Shown here one piece after another: positions 1 through 16,411 of a stretch of 64,000 nt of DNA. A program made the position numbers and the translations under genes. Location: the NCBI RefSeq assembly GCF_009914755.1, contig NC_060937.1. One strand, given 5' to 3'. A model generated the notes under the pieces. It worked only from the letters and a program-made list of their open reading frames with translations. It was not told the origin of the DNA and did not search any database. This DNA comes from the human T2T-CHM13v2.0 reference genome, Homo sapiens. The number at the start of each line of letters is the position of its first letter. Position 1 is the stretch's first letter.

Positions 1-957
1 ATCTGCCTGCCTCGGCCTCCCAAAGTGCTGGGATTGCAGGCGTAGCCACTGCACCTGGCCCAGGCTTCTGTTTTTGTCCTAGGGCTTTTTAAGTTATTTC
101 TGTTGAGTTCTCTATATTTTCATCTTAAATATTTCCATGAATTTGTAGTATGTTTTTTTCTTTTTTGGATGCCATATTTTTGTCATAGAGTTTTTTGTGT
201 GTATGTGATCAAAATCAGTTTGTTTCTTTTTAAGTTGTTTTTATGCTTAACTATGTCTTCTTATAGTGCTTCAAAGTACTGCAGAAACTATACTGCTTCC
301 ATATTCAAGAACTAGTTGAGTAGTTCATAGCCTATTATTTGGATAACCAATTTTTCTAGGAAAAGCAGTTCTTATATCCTGCAACTGGTGTTGTTTGTAT
401 TATTATAATGCATCAACAAGAAAAAAAAGCATCAGAGAATCTAATTTAGAATACTGGTTCAAAATCGTAACATGTAGGATTCATTCTAGGTTCTGAGTCA
501 TGTTTTCATCGCAAGACTCAGAAGAAAGGTAAGGTTGATATTCAAGAATTATACAGAGGCAACCTACAGAATGGCCTTTGTCCGATTTATGACAGAATTT
601 TACAGGAAAGGGTAGCCTAATTTGCATCAGATGTTCACCATGCTTTCATAATTTTTTGATATGGAAATGGAAACTTGTCTTCTCCCATTCAAGAATAGCT
701 AAAAAGTAGGGAGGACAAATAAGAACTGCTGTTTTCATGTGTCATTAATCAACTGATTATTAAATATATGTTGTTTTTTGTATTTTTAGTAGAGACGGGG
801 TTTCTCCATGTTATCCAGGCTGGTCTCCAACTCCTGAGCTCAGGCAATCTGCCCACGTTGGCCTCCCAAAGTGCTAGGATTACAGTCATGAGCCACTGTG
901 CCCAGTCCTGTTTATTAATTATATTGAGTATTGAATTTTCTAAAGGCTTTAGTCTAG

Positions 958-1122
<165 letters not shown>

Positions 1123-1177
1123 TAGCATGTGCCACCATGCTCAGCTAATTTTTGTTTATTTTTGTAGAGAGGGAGTC

Positions 1178-1526
1178 TGATATGGTTTGGCTGTGTCCCC
1201 ACCCAACTCTCATCTTGAATTCCCTCATGTTGTGGGAGGGACCCTGTGGGAGGTAATTGAATCATGGGAGCAGGTCTTTCCCATGCTGTTCTTGTGACAG
1301 TGAATAAGTCCCATGAGATCTGATGGTTTTATAAAGGGGAGTTTCCCTGCACAAGCCGTCTCTTTGCCTGCCACATAAGATGTGACTTCCTCCTCCTTGC
1401 CTTCAGCCATGATTGTGAGGCTTCCCCAGCCACATGGAACTGTGAGTTCTCCATTAAACCACTTTCCTTGGTAAATTTCCAGTCTCCAGTATGTCTTTAT
1501 CAGCAGCATGAAAACAGACTAATACA
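1178..1526 (+). mobile_element. THE1-family MaLR solo LTR inserted in an antisense Alu
   Basis: Termini TGATATGGTTTGGCTGTGTCCCCACCCAA and AAAACAGACTAATACA. Near-perfect 5-bp TSD GAGTC/GGGTC. The Alu (~985-1640) resumes on both sides. Confidence 0.9.
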
Positions 1527-1963
1527 GGGTCTCACTCACTATGCTGCCCAAGCTGGTCTCAAACTCCTGGGCTCAAGAGATGTGCCCGCCTCGGCCTCCC
1601 AAAGTGCTTGGATTACAGGTGTGAGCCACTTCACCTGGCCTGTGATACATTTTAAACAAATTTTAGTCTGTTAGTTTATAAAAGTAACAGTTAAAAAAAT
1701 CTTTTAATTATTTGACTTTACTTGTAGCTTAGCTCATCTCTAATTATTTCCAGGTACTAGCCTGGAGCTGAGAGATGACCTTATTTTTATACCTCATATT
1801 CTTTTGTCTCATAATGAGTTTGAATATGAGTCAATAAGACAAGATGTACCTCAGTGTCACCACTTTACAGAAGTAGTATCATTTATATACAATGAGTAAG
1901 ATTTTTATGATACCAAAAAATTCTCAACATAAAACAACAGGAAAGTCCATATGAAACAATTTA

Positions 1964-2341
<378 letters not shown>

Positions 2342-2654
2342 TCAAAAAAAAAAAAAAAAAAAAAATAGAAGTCCCCTATCAATCACCATTTCAAAATCAG
2401 TGAAGAGAAAAGGGAACTGCAGAAGCCAGCAGCACTGAAAGGTGCCCGGGACAAGGCAAGGCTGCAGCACGATTCAAGCCCTTCGCCACTTCACCGACGT
2501 CACTCTCCCTACACTCAGGACTGGGCAGCCTTTCTAGAATCTGCTTTCTGTACAATGCAGTACCTGCACATAGCAGGGACTCAAGAGAGGTTCTATTATT
2601 AACACCTTCTCGGTAGGTTCTTGGGGAATAGAGTCAGTTTTCAAAGAGTTCCAC

Positions 2655-2860
2655 AGTGTGGCACTCAAGACAGGGGGCTCTGGAGCCAGGCCGCCCAGAT
2701 GCAAATCCTGGGTCTGCTATTTACCATCTCTGTGACCTCGAACATGTTACTTAACCTCTGAGTGTTGGTATACGCTCATTTAAAATGGAAATAATAATAG
2801 TTTCATAGGTTTATGTCAAGATTGAATGAGACAAGACATAAAAAGTACCAGGTATAGAAT
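2655..2860 (+). mobile_element. MIR SINE
   Basis: MIR core: GGCTCTGGAGCCAG..AAATCCTGG..TGTGACCT..TTACTTAACCTCTG..AAAATGGAAATAATAATAG. Confidence 0.75.
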
Positions 2861-5399
2861 AAGCATCTGGTATACCTGAGCTAGTCACACACAGAGGAAA
2901 GTAAATTACCACCAGCTAGACATTTTCAATCTATAATAGCCTGTGCAAGTAAAACAAAGCAAAAAATAGAAACACTCTCTAAGGGCCATTGAATCAGTTA
3001 GGATTAGGTTTAGCTACGTGAAATAAACAAATAACCATCCCACCCCATGCCCACACACTCAGACACATACACACAAAAACCCCAGCAGTTTAGAAATACA
3101 GAAATTAGTTTCTCTCACACATAAAATAAGCCGGAAAGTAGGCAGCCCAAGATTGCACAATCACCTGGATTCAGGCTCCTTTCTCCCTCCTGCTCTGTCG
3201 GCTTCCTGGTCCTGGAAGTCTGCTTGGCTCCTACCATCTCATCTCCTTTTTCCAAGCAGTGAGGAGGAGGAAGGTGCAAAAATGAACCTACACCTTACCA
3301 TTTAAAAACACTTCACAGACTGGCCTTTGTGGCTCACCCCTATAATTCCAGCACTTTGGGAGGCTGAGGCAGGAGAACTGATTGAGCCCGGGAGTTACTG
3401 AGACCAGGATGGGCAATGTAGGGAGACTCTGTGTCTACGAAAATTTTAAAAATTAGTTGGGCATGATGGCTGACAACTGTGGTCCCAGCTACTCAGGAGG
3501 CTGAGGCGGGAGGATCACTTGATCCCAGGAGGTTGAGGCTGCAGTGAGCTTTGATGGCACCACTGCACTCCAGCTTGAGCAGTAAAAGCAAGATTCTGTC
3601 TCCAAAATAAAGAAATAAATAAAAATATTTATCAGCTATTACATCCAACATTTCCATTAACATCCCATTGGCCAAAATTTGGTCTCATAGTCTTGTCTAG
3701 CAATCAGGAGGCTAGGAAATAGTCTTTATTCTGGGTGGGCGTGTGCCTAGCTAATAACTGGGGGTTCTAGCACAAACAAAGGAGAGAATGGATATTAGAG
3801 AGGAAAGGAGCATTCCATTCCCCAGCTGGGTGGATAACAAACTGCCTCTGAGCAAGAAACATAATGAAAATATTCAAACACAGGGAAGGCTGCCCCAAGA
3901 TTGACTTATTTGTTTATTTATTTGTTAGGGTATAATTGTCAATGGTTTACTTATTGTGTCTTATAGAATCATAAGCTAGATTATGTCCTCAGCCCTCCTG
4001 GAAATGCTTGGCAGAGTGTGCGTCCCATTCAACCTCCACAGCGTAAAGGAAAGGGAAGGCACTTGGGGAGATTTCAAAGAAAAGCCACCAGGATGACTAA
4101 TAGCTCAAAACAATAAGACCTAGGACGCACTGTTAAGGAATGAGTCAGCCAGGGAAAGAGATGGCTAGAGGGTGACTAAATAATGATCCCTTGCTATACA
4201 AAGGTCTCTGCACAGAGGAGGAGGGAGTAGGAGCAGGAGAAGAAGGAGGAAGATGACCAGGAGTATGGTCATCTCCACTAGGGGTTGAACGGAAGGAAAC
4301 GGGAGCAGGAGTGACTTAAAGATACCTGAAAGGACAAATGTGCTGAAGGGGATGCTTGTCAAAATACAGGAGATGGTATAAACATATAGCACGTGGGGAT
4401 TATACATTGGCATCTCTGACCACCGTGGTATTTGAATGTGCTCTTCCCTGAAGCAAAGCTTGAGAGTTTGCGGGGAGGGAGGGGCATTCACAGGTGGAGG
4501 GAGGGTGAACGACCAGAACTCCTATGATTTCCTTCTCTGTGCCTCAGTTTCCCTCATGGAATAACCATGTGTTGGAGTTCAGAAAAGAGATCCTATATTG
4601 ATTTGAAAGATACACTCTGGTTTTGCAGATGTACAGAAAATAATAACTAAACAATATCAGTATGTGGCAGAAGAGATCCTACCAGTAGAAAGGAATGCCC
4701 TTTCTGCATTTTAAGATCTCATTTTTTAAATTATAAAAGGAATATAATGGCTTTCCAGTCAAGGTGGCCCCATAAGATGCATGCCATCTGCTGCACACAT
4801 TCAACAATGTCAAACTAATACACAAAGAGAAAACCAAAAAAGATATAGCATGGCTCAGAAACAAGACAATTATTTACATGGACCAGAAACAAGAGAGAGC
4901 TGAATGAGGCAGAAACTAGGACCAGGGGCCGTGGGTCTCAAACAGGCAGTGGTAGTTGAGAATCTGGCTTCTCTAGAGACCAAAGCCAGGAGCCTGTAGA
5001 AGCCAGGGGCTGCAGTAGAGCTCTCCTTCCTCCTCTCCCCCAGCGCCTGCTCCTCTCCCACTCCCCAGGGGTAACCACTCTCCCTTTTCAGCCCTCCTGA
5101 GAGCCACTCTGTAAGATGAGGACATGTGGCATCTACAGGGCTTCCCACCTCGCTTCTCCTTCCCTGATTTCTATTCAATTCTGCCACTGTCCTTACCTCT
5201 TCATTCTGTTAACTATGATTCTTTTGTGTTTTGTATATAGGTGCACTGCAGAAACGAGTAATATGACTAAACCCATAGAAAAGGGAACATATTCTATGTT
5301 ATTAAATCTGCCATGATTTAATGGAATATTTTTCCAAATTCAATACATAGCTCAAAATCATGTCATATTTTAGTTAGCTTCGGTTTTTTCATTTGTTTT

Positions 5400-6290
5400 T
5401 TGGTTTTTGGGTTTTTTTTAAAAGACAGAGTCTCACTCTGTCACCCAAGCTGGAGTGCACTGGTGTGATCATGGCTTACTGCAGCCTCATCCTCCCGTGC
5501 TCAGGTGATCCTCTCACCTCAGCTTCCCGAGTAGCTGGGACTACAGGCATGCACCGCCATGCCCAGCTAGTTTTTGTATTTTCAGTAGAGACGGGGTTTC
5601 ACCATGTTGCTCAGGCTGGTGTCAAATTCCTGAGCTCAAGCTATCTGCCCACCTCTGTAATCCCAGAACTTTTGGAGGCCGAGGTGAGCAGATGCCTTGA
5701 GACCAGGAGTTTGAGACCAGCCTGGGCAACACAGTGAGACCCCATCTCTACAAAAATTAAAATTAAAAAATTAGCTGAGCATGGTGGCACATGCCTGTAG
5801 TCCTAGCTACTCAGGAGGGTGAGGTAAGAGGATCACTTGAGCCCAGGACATCAAGGCTACCTTGAGCTATGATGGCACCAGAGCACTCCAGCCTGGGTGA
5901 CAGAGCAAGACCCTGTCTCAAAAAAAAAAAAAAAAGATATTATTATTGCAGGCCCTTGACTTCCTGCTATAATATGAACTGATGACTTTCTTTCTTTCTT
6001 TTTTTTCTTTTTTTGAGATGGAGTCTTGTGCTGTTGCCCAGGCTAGAGTGCAGTGGTGTCTCAACCTCCGCCTCCAGGGTTCAAGTGATCCTCCTGCCTC
6101 AGCCTTGCGAGTAGCTAGGAATACAGATGCCTGCCACCACCACATGCAGCTAATTTTTTTGTACTTTTAGTAGAGACAGGGTTTTGCCATGTTGGCCAGG
6201 CTGGTCTTGAACTCCTGACCTCAGGTGATCCACCCACCTCAGCCTCCCAAAGTGCTGGGATGACACGTGTGAGCCACCGCATCTGGCCTT
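5400..6290. mobile_element. Cluster of three Alus in (-)(+)(-) orientation
   Basis: Antisense Alu at ~5410-5655 is fused to a sense Alu at ~5655-5935, followed by an antisense Alu at ~5985-6288. Confidence 0.92.
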
Positions 6291-7545
6291 GAACTGATGA
6301 CTTTCTAAGCCTGTTACACAAATTACAACTGAGCTTCCTTCTCAATGATTTCCTAGGTGACTGCCCTTGTTCTTGGGCTTCATGTCTCCCTCTTGGATTC
6401 CTGTTCTGATTGGAAGGAGCACATCCTCAGTTAATTTTTTCAGAAAAGGTATATGTAGAGATAAACTTTGTGAGTGCTTTTTATTTTATTCTCACAGCTG
6501 CCTATTTGACTGGATGTCAGTTTCTAGGTTAAAATCAGTTTTCCTTATGACTTTGGGGTCACTGTTTCGTTGTCTTTTAGCCATGTTGCTTTACATATAT
6601 CTGATGCCAATTTGTTCTTCATTTCCACCTAAGAAACTTTGATTTCTTCTCTGCAAAACTTTAGGGTTTTCTTTTTTAAACTTGACATTCTGAAATCTCA
6701 CCATAATATGTCTAAGTGTGATCCTCTTTTTTTCATTCATTGTATTTGGTACTATTGTCTTTTTCAATATGAACACTTGAATTTTTCTTCAGTTCAGGGA
6801 AATTATCTTTCATTTCTCTAAATGCTTTCTCTTCATTCACCATTCTCTCCTCCAGGAACTTCTATTAGATTGATAGTGAGTTCTCTCTGTTTTTTCACTT
6901 TCCCTCATTATGGCTCTGTATTTTGGGATATCTCTTTGTCCATATCTTTTAGATCACTACACAATCTTCTACTTCATTCAGTCCTTCTATTTTAAGTTTT
7001 CGTTTTGGCAATCATGATTCTAATTTTTGAGAATTTTTTTCATATTTTTTGAGTGTTCTTTTTTCGTGGCCATCTGTTTCTGTTCTTTTTTTCAGTAGAT
7101 AAATCGCATGTCTTCTGGGGCTTAGCTTAGGAAGGTCTTTTTTTTTAGTTCTATTTCTTGCATTATATGTCTCCCATTCTCTGAAGTAATGTATTCTATT
7201 GGCTCAAATTGGTCTTTCACAACATCAGCTTTTTAAAAAATGTCTTAAAGGCTGGGCATGATGGCTCACACCTGGTAATCCCAGCACTATGGAAGGCCAG
7301 GACGGGTAGATAGCTTTGAGCCCAGGAGTTCAAGACTAGACTGGGCAACATGGTAAAACCCTGTCTCTATAAAAAATACAAAAGAATTAGCTGGGTGTGG
7401 TGTTACGTGCCTGTAGTCCCAGCAACTTGGGAGGCTGGGGTGGGAGAATCTCTCGGGCCTGCTGCATTCCAGCCAGGGTGACAGAGAGAGACCCTGTCTC
7501 AAAAAAAAAAAAAAAGAAAAGAAAAAAAAAAAAGAATCTTTTTAA

Positions 7546-8413
7546 AGGTATCGACTTGACTGGATTAAAGAATATCTAGAGGACAGGTGCAGTGGCTCAC
7601 ACCTGTAATCCCAGCACTTTGGGAGGCCGAGGTGGGCGGATCACTGAGGTCGGGGGTTTGAGACCAGCCTGGCCAACATGGCAAAACACCATCTCTACTA
7701 AAAATACAAAAAAATTAGCTGGCGTGGTGGTGCACACCTGTAATCCCACCTACTCGGGAGGCTGAGGCAGGAGAATCACTTGAACACAGGAGGCAGAGGT
7801 TGTAGTGAGCCAAGATCACGCCACTGTACCCCAGCCTGGGTGACAGAGGGAGACTCAGTCTCGAAAAGAAAAAAAAAATAATAAAGGAATTGTGAAGGTG
7901 TTTCCAGAAGAGATTAGCATGTGAGTCTGAGTGGACTCAGTGGGCAAGACCAGCCTCAATAATGCAGGTGGGCACCATCCAATCAGCTGAGGTCCCAGAT
8001 AGAATACAAACAGAAAAGCTGTATCGGTCTCTTTCTTTGGGAGCTGGGATATACTCTTCTTTTCCTGCCTTGAGCATCAGAACCCCAGGCCCTCTGGCCT
8101 TTGGACTCCAGGATGTACACCGATGGCCATCCAGGTTCTCAGGTTTACAGCCTCAGACTGGGAGTTACACTATCTGCTTCCCTGATTCTGAGGCTTTTGG
8201 AATTGGACTGAGCCATGCTACTGGAATCCCAGGGTGTCCAGCTTGCACATGGCCTGTTTTGGGACCTCTCAGCCTCCATAAATCAAGTGGGCCGATTCTT
8301 CTAGTAAATCTCCTCTCATGTATCTATTTAATACATATATATTATATGTACATATAGATATATTAGATACATATATATCTATTGGTTCTGTCTCTCTGGA
8401 GAACCCTAATACA
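7546..8413 (+). mobile_element. MLT2 (ERV-L) LTR, interrupted by an Alu at ~7580-7885
   Basis: Contains GACTTGACTGGATTAAAG, GGTGTTTCCAGAAGAGATTAGC and GGGCACCATCCAATCAGCTG, a TA-rich tract, and the end TTGGTTCTGTCTCTCTGGAGAACCCTAATACA. Confidence 0.8.
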
Positions 8414-9689
8414 GGAGCCAAGTGAGGTTGACATATTTATCACCCTGCCTTCTCTCGGCAGGGTTGCTGTGGGTTGGCTGCTCCAAAGGCAACACTTTCC
8501 AGCACCTCATTTACAGCTAATGACCTAGAAAATTCTTTCACTACCCCCCTTCTATATCAGGAAAAATAACTAAAAGCAGTTTGCCTTCGTGTGTCAAGGA
8601 CAGCAATATATCTTAACTGTCCTGCCTCAGGGCTAAGTCAACCCCTGCTGTCATAATATAATATAGAGGAACCCTGTTTGTCTTGCTGTTCTACAGAAAG
8701 TCACATGGGTTCATTACATGGATGATATTATGCTAATTGGATCTAGTGAGCAGAAAGGAGCTTAGATCCACTGGTAAAACACATGCTTGCCAACAAGCTG
8801 GGAAATAATTCCCTGGGAAGTTCAGGGTCCTGATATACTGATGAAGTTCCTGAGAGTCCAGTGGTTTCTTGGAATATCTCCTTCTAAAGGGGAAGATTGG
8901 CCAGGCACAGTGGCTCATGCCTGTAATCCCAGCACTTTGGGAGGCCGAGGCAGGAGGATCGCTTGAGCCCAGGAGTTTTGAGACCAGCCTGGGCAACATA
9001 GTGAGACTCTATCTCTATGAAAAAAAAAAAAAAAATCCAGGCACAGTGGCATGCACCTGTAGTCCCAGCTACTCCTCAGGAGTCTGAGGTGAGAGGATTG
9101 CTTGAGCCTGGGGGCAAGGCTGCAGTGAGCTGTGATTGTGCCACTGCACTCCAACCTGGGTGACAGAGAGAGATCCCTGACTCAAAAAGAAAAAAAACAA
9201 ACAAACATTAAAAGAAAAAGGGAGAGATCATGAGATCATGCTTACCCCTTGCCCCACCTGTCATGTAGGAGGCACAATGCTTAGTGGGTTTCTTTGGATT
9301 TTAAAGACAACATGAATCATACTTTGGTGTGTTCCTCTAATCTCATTACTGGATTATTCACCTGATAAGACTGACAGTTTTGAGTGGGCACAGAGTAGAA
9401 AGAGGTTCTGACAAGTCCAGGCTGCATCACAAGCAGACCCAATGGAGTGGAAGAATCTGTGGCAGACAGAGCTGCTATATGGGGACCCTAGCAAGACCCA
9501 GTGCAACCCGAGTAAAGCTGTGACCTCTTCTACTGACAACTGTTTTTCACCTGAAAAGCAGTTCCTGGACTTACAGGGCCCAGATACAGACTAGGCATCT
9601 GACTCTGGGTCACAAATGACTGTGTGATGTGAACTGCACCTGATGACCTGGGCCCACTCAGCAGTGTTCATTGTAAAATGTAAATGTAC

Positions 9690-10184
9690 TCTAGTATCTT
9701 TTCCTCCCCCAGGACAAAGCTCATGACTGAGATCCTATAACAGAAGACAGATTAACAAGAGAAAAGCATACACATTTGTTTAACATATATTTTACATGAC
9801 ATGGGAATCTTCAGAAATGAAGATCAAAAAAAGCAAACAAAAGAAAAAACGGGAAAATGTGTATTTTCAGGAACACAGAAGTATAATTGGAGGACAAAAG
9901 GTCTAATCTAATGTCAATAAACTGGGGGGAACTTAGCAAGGGCTGTTTGTTCAGATTCTTCAAGGCATCTCTGTGTCTTCATTCTTTTCCTCCAGGCACA
10001 GGGCAGGACCCCTCTGGAATAAGGATCTTATAATTTATTTTCAGAAGAAACTCGGCCCAGGTTTTATGGCTCCTTTGGGGGACAAAGAGCAAGGAGGAAT
10101 TCTTTCTAGTTTCTATGACCTCCTTCTACTGTTTCCTCAAATGCCAAGGTACCATATTTTCAGGTGGCATTTCCTGTACCACAT
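9690..10184 (-). mobile_element. MER31-like ERV1 solo LTR
   Basis: AGACAGATTAACAAGAGAAAAGCATACACATTTGTTTAA and CTGTTTGTTCAGATTCTT motifs, recalled from MER31. Confidence 0.6.
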
Positions 10185-10727
10185 CAGTGTGTATGAGATC
10201 AGGCTCTGGCAGATCTGGAAATGACACAGAAACTTCAGGAACACATGGTGGTCCAGGCTCCCGTGGTACCTTTCCCACTGTCTTATTGTTCCTCTCTCAA
10301 CACATACCCATGGCCTTATGGGGAGTTCCCTGCCCCCACTAAATAGAGGAGGGAAAGGTGTGGGTCAGCTTTATTAATGGATCTTCATGGTAAGATGGAA
10401 CCAGCCAGAAATGATGAGGTGTTGAACTATACCCCACCCAGGAATGGCCAGAAAGAGAGGGGTGAAAGACAATCTTTCCAGTGGGCTTCGGGCATTAGGT
10501 CTGGTTTATTTGCATGAAAGGGAAGATAGTCTGAGCAATGACCCTCTAATCCATGGGTAGTCATTGACAGATTCATCAGATTAGTCAGCAACTTGGGAAA
10601 GAGTAAACTGCATATTTGGTGACATGGAGGGCTGGGGGAGAGGTGTGTGGACTATGCACAGAATGTGAGGATGTTTTTATACCATGTAAATGTCCCCCAC
10701 AGCATCCACTGTGAAGGAGCCTCTCAT

Positions 10728-11099
10728 TAATCCTTTTGGTCATTGGGCTGCCCTAACAAAGTGCCACAGCCTGGATGGCATAAACAATAGACATGTATTT
10801 TCTTACAGATCCAGAGGCTGGAAGTCCAAGATCAGATGCCATCAGTGCTGGTTTCTTCTGAAGTCTCTCTTCCAGATTTGTAGACAGTTGCCCTCTCTTG
10901 TCCCCATGTGGCCTTTCCTCTGTGTGTGTGGAGAGGGAGAGCTCTCTGATGTTTCTTCCACTTCTTATAAGGACAGCGATCCTATGAGATTAGGCCTCAA
11001 CCCTTATGATCTCAATTATCTCCTGTCTCCAAATACAGTCACATGGGGGAATTAGGGCTTCACTATATGAATTTGGGGGCCACAATTCTGTTTCTAACA
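10728..11099 (-). mobile_element. MLT1A/B-like MaLR solo LTR
   Basis: GGGCTGCCCTAACAAAGTGCCACAG..GAGGCTGGAAGTCCAAGATC..CTTCTTATAAGGACA..TCTCCAAATACAGTCACAT..TATGAATTTGGGGG. Confidence 0.8.
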
Positions 11100-11667
11100 A
11101 TAATCATGTGGTCAAGATGATCCAATCTGTGGATATCTATCAGTCTCTTTCCCTCACTTCCCACGTACTTGCTTAATTGGCCCATGAACAAAGCACACAT
11201 ATGGCAGGGATGGACGCTATGCATGGGCTCAGTAGCACACTCTCACCAAGACTGATCTGGCCTCTGCCAGAACTCAATGTCCAATCGGCCACAGCAGATC
11301 AACACTAAGACCCTAAAATGGCACCGTTCCTTAAAGAGACCCAGCAAAGACATCTGATTGCAGGTAGATAACTTTGGATCCCTTTCATCAGGTAGGAGGC
11401 AGAATTAGCCTCACAGAGACAAATATTTGCTCCAAGTATGGATTTGCCTTTCCTGTCCCCAGTATGTCTGCCAGCACCAAAGTTCATGGACTTAAAGAAT
11501 GTCTTGTCTATCCCAAATGGTGTCAAAACTCAAACATCTCCCTGCAAGGGATACACTTTTCAGAGGTGGCAATGTGACAGCGGGCTCATAACCATGGAAT
11601 TCACTGGTTTTATCACGATTCATTCCCTAGAAAAATATGGATTAATTGGGCCAGGCGCGGTGGCTCA

Positions 11668-11954
<287 letters not shown>

Positions 11955-12877
11955 TTAATTGGATGGTGGAATGGCCTGCTGAAGACACAGACACAGTGAC
12001 AGCTGAGGGGCAATGCCTGGCAGGGTGGGGTGCTTTCCTATAAGATGCAGTAACTGCCTCAAACCAGCAGCAGCCCAGGATGCCACCTCCCCCGTAATCA
12101 GATTGCATCAGCCTGGGAACCGAGGGGTGGAGGCAGGAGTGGTTCTTCGCACTATTACACTAATTCACCATGGAAAGAATTCTTGCTTTTTGTTTGACCT
12201 TGGGCTCAGTGGCTGACCTAGAAGAAATACTTCCATCAAGGAACACAAAGTAACATCCAATTGGAAGTTGAAACTGAGTGTGACCCTAAGCCATCTGAGC
12301 CTCCTCATGCTGCTAAACCAAAAGGCAGAGAAAGCAGTCACTGTATTGGCTGTCTCCATTGACTAGAAGGAAATTCCTTTGCAGCTACCCGACAGGAGAG
12401 ACTCATCCAAGAGATTCACTGAGGCATCTCTTATTCTAGCAGTCGGTGGAAAGTGGTGCAACCCAGAGAGGCAGGTTCACCGAGGACTCAGATCACAGAT
12501 GAAGGTATGGATCACCCTGCCAAGTAACAAACCCCACTCAGCCCGAAGGAGGTAATGGGTGGTGGAAGAAGGAAGCTATGATTATCAGCGTGGCCTCCAT
12601 GACTTGTTCCAGAAATGTGCTCAGTCAGAGTTACATTTCATTGTAATTATTTTAATTGCCCCCTCACTCCAGTCTCCTTGAATCTCCCCCTCCTTCATAC
12701 CTTCAATGATGGGCACTGGCAATGGCTACCATTTTAGACTCGAGGTTAGACTATGACTGAATTGAAGTCATCATGCAATGGTACAGCAGTTAATAGGAAT
12801 TTTGTGGGTGCCCTCTGCTGGGAACATAAGTATTTCACCTGGCAAAAGGATAAGGGTGAATGCTTGAGGGGATCCCA

Positions 12878-13479
<602 letters not shown>

Positions 13480-14332
13480 ACCAGGGCCTGTGCATGGCCC
13501 TGGGGTTAAAAAAATAAAGAAGACCTGGTTCTCAACCTCAAGGAATTTGTGCATCTTATAGTTGAAACAATTACGTAGAGAGATACATAATTCAAATGAC
13601 ATGTAACAAAATGCATAACAGGGGTATATGTGAGGCATGCTGTTCTACCAAGGAGAAAGTGATCAGCTGTGCTTCCAGATGGGGGTGGGCACGGGGGAAC
13701 AGGATCACTGTCCCCCGCTCCAAGATGAAAGATTTCAACTGGGTCTTAACAGATAAGTGGAAAGTTAGGAATGCCTCCTCTACACATCCTCACAAATTAG
13801 TTGGTTCTTTGATTCACCCAGGTGGCAGAAATGCCTCCAGCAATGTCTTCAGTGTGACAGGACTAAAGGAGAGGGAGTTCAGAGAAGAGACATGTTCCAC
13901 ACCACTCTAAGAGAGAGGCAGATGTCAAGAACAGAGGCTGTGAGGAGGTGAGGCAAAGAGCAGCTTCCCTGCCATTTTCTACACTATCCTGCCCCACAAT
14001 GATGATCTCAACTCCCATTGTATATCCTAGTTGCACTCAGACCTGGGCAACCTCAACATGCAGACCCCTTCCTGAAGGCAGCATAATTCTTAACCCCTAC
14101 TAAGGAGGAATGACACAATGGGCTAACATTTAATAAGTTTATTATATCCTTACCAGACGAACAATCTATGGGGAATAGAGGGGACAAAGGAACATGTTAA
14201 ATAACACCATAAAGTTATAATCAGCAAAATCTAAACTGTGGGAAGCCCTACAGTATCAACTGGTTTATCCCAAAAATAAATTGCAAGGGAAGCAAATGGT
14301 TTTGAAGAAACCCAAAGATTAAAAGAGGTCTA

Positions 14333-14620
<288 letters not shown>

Positions 14621-15336
14621 TCAGAAAAAAAAATAATAATAATAATAATGGCTAAGCCCTTCCTCCAGAGATTCTGATTCAATTAAACTGGGCTTTGGGT
14701 ATCACTTTTTAAAGTTTTCCAGATAATGCTAATGATTTCTTAGAGGAATATTTTTAGGACCAAGTGACACAGTCAATTATTTCCAATTAATTAATGATGC
14801 ATTTGAATCAACCATTCAATCATGTATTCATTTATTCAGTTTTCAACTCTATTGACTGAATGTTCTATTTCAGAAAAATTATGTCTATGAACTTTCCATT
14901 TTTTAAATAGTTTTTACCATCTCCTAAAAATGTTTACCTTTTTTTTCCGCTGGATTTTCATTGGTTAACTACATAATGAAATTAAACTCTGAACAGCATC
15001 TTTCCCACAAATTTCACACTAAGCGCTTTTTCTAGAACTAGACAATAGCAAAGAAGAACAAAATTAAATAGTCTAGACAAGGAAGAAAAAAATCTATTTT
15101 CAGTTTATATTTTATTAGCAGTAGCTTGTCAGTCAGATGATATGTTAAAATTACCCAGAATAAAAAAGGAATGAGGCCAGGTGCGGTGGCTCTCGCCTTT
15201 GGGAGGCCAAGGTGGGAGGATCACTTGAGGTCAGGAGTTCAAGACTAGCCTGGCCAACATGGTGAAACCCCGTCTCTACTAAAGATACAAAAATTAGCCA
15301 GGCGTGGTGGCAGACACCTGTAATCCCAGCTACTCA

Positions 15337-15486
<150 letters not shown>

Positions 15487-16411
15487 TTAAGCACTCTGCC
15501 AAATAATTATCCATATAATTAAAATTCTAGGTGACTTCAGCAGTGGGCCAGAGACGTAGACCTTTGTATCCAATGCTTTCAGAAAAGAAGGTAGAATACA
15601 AAGTTTCAATCTTGCTATGAATGCCTTTATGAATTTCTTTTATGCACATGTGCAAAAGTTGTTGTAGGATATATATTAGTGAAATTTCTGGGTTACAGAG
15701 TATGTGAATGTTTAATTATCCTAGACTCCCAGCCAAATCTAATGGGATCTGGCCTAGAGGCTGCACTTTTATGGAGTGATATAAGATCCATCTCTCCCAC
15801 TCTCTCCTTTGGACAGATATCAGTGAAAATCGCAGAGTAGAGAGCTCCAAAACATTATGTCTCCACAAAAGCAATGAAAAGCTTGCAAAAATTATCACAA
15901 TGAACTTTTTCAGAACTTTAGAATCCAATAAAAAAGTTACAACAACCAGGGGAAAGCTTAATGATAAAAAAAAAAAAGCTGAGTGTCAGTAACAGAGCTT
16001 TGTGAATTTTAACTTACCTGGTTACTGTCCGCAACTTCCCAACTCAGCTGCAGACTTGAAAACTGAAGCCCATTTTCCTGCTGCAGGTTGCTGGTAACAG
16101 AGGGAACAATACAGACCTTATTCTCAAAGAATTAAAGAATTGTGGTTCTGTGTTTTGACCCATATGGTAGCTTCCTGAAGGATCTGCTCAAGGGCTTACC
16201 TGTATTTTACCTGTCTTGGAGCTTCCCCAGAGTTGAGGCTACTTCCAGGGTGGTGTTTGTCAAACAAATTTAAAGGCAAATGTATTAGCTATTGCCACCT
16301 GTAGCAAAGGATAACAGCTGCACAAGCAATAGAAAAAACAAAAAGCCTGGGAAAAAAGAGGCTGGAGAAGGACATACTTCAACAAAGAAGGGCTTTGAAA
16401 AGCTCTCATGT

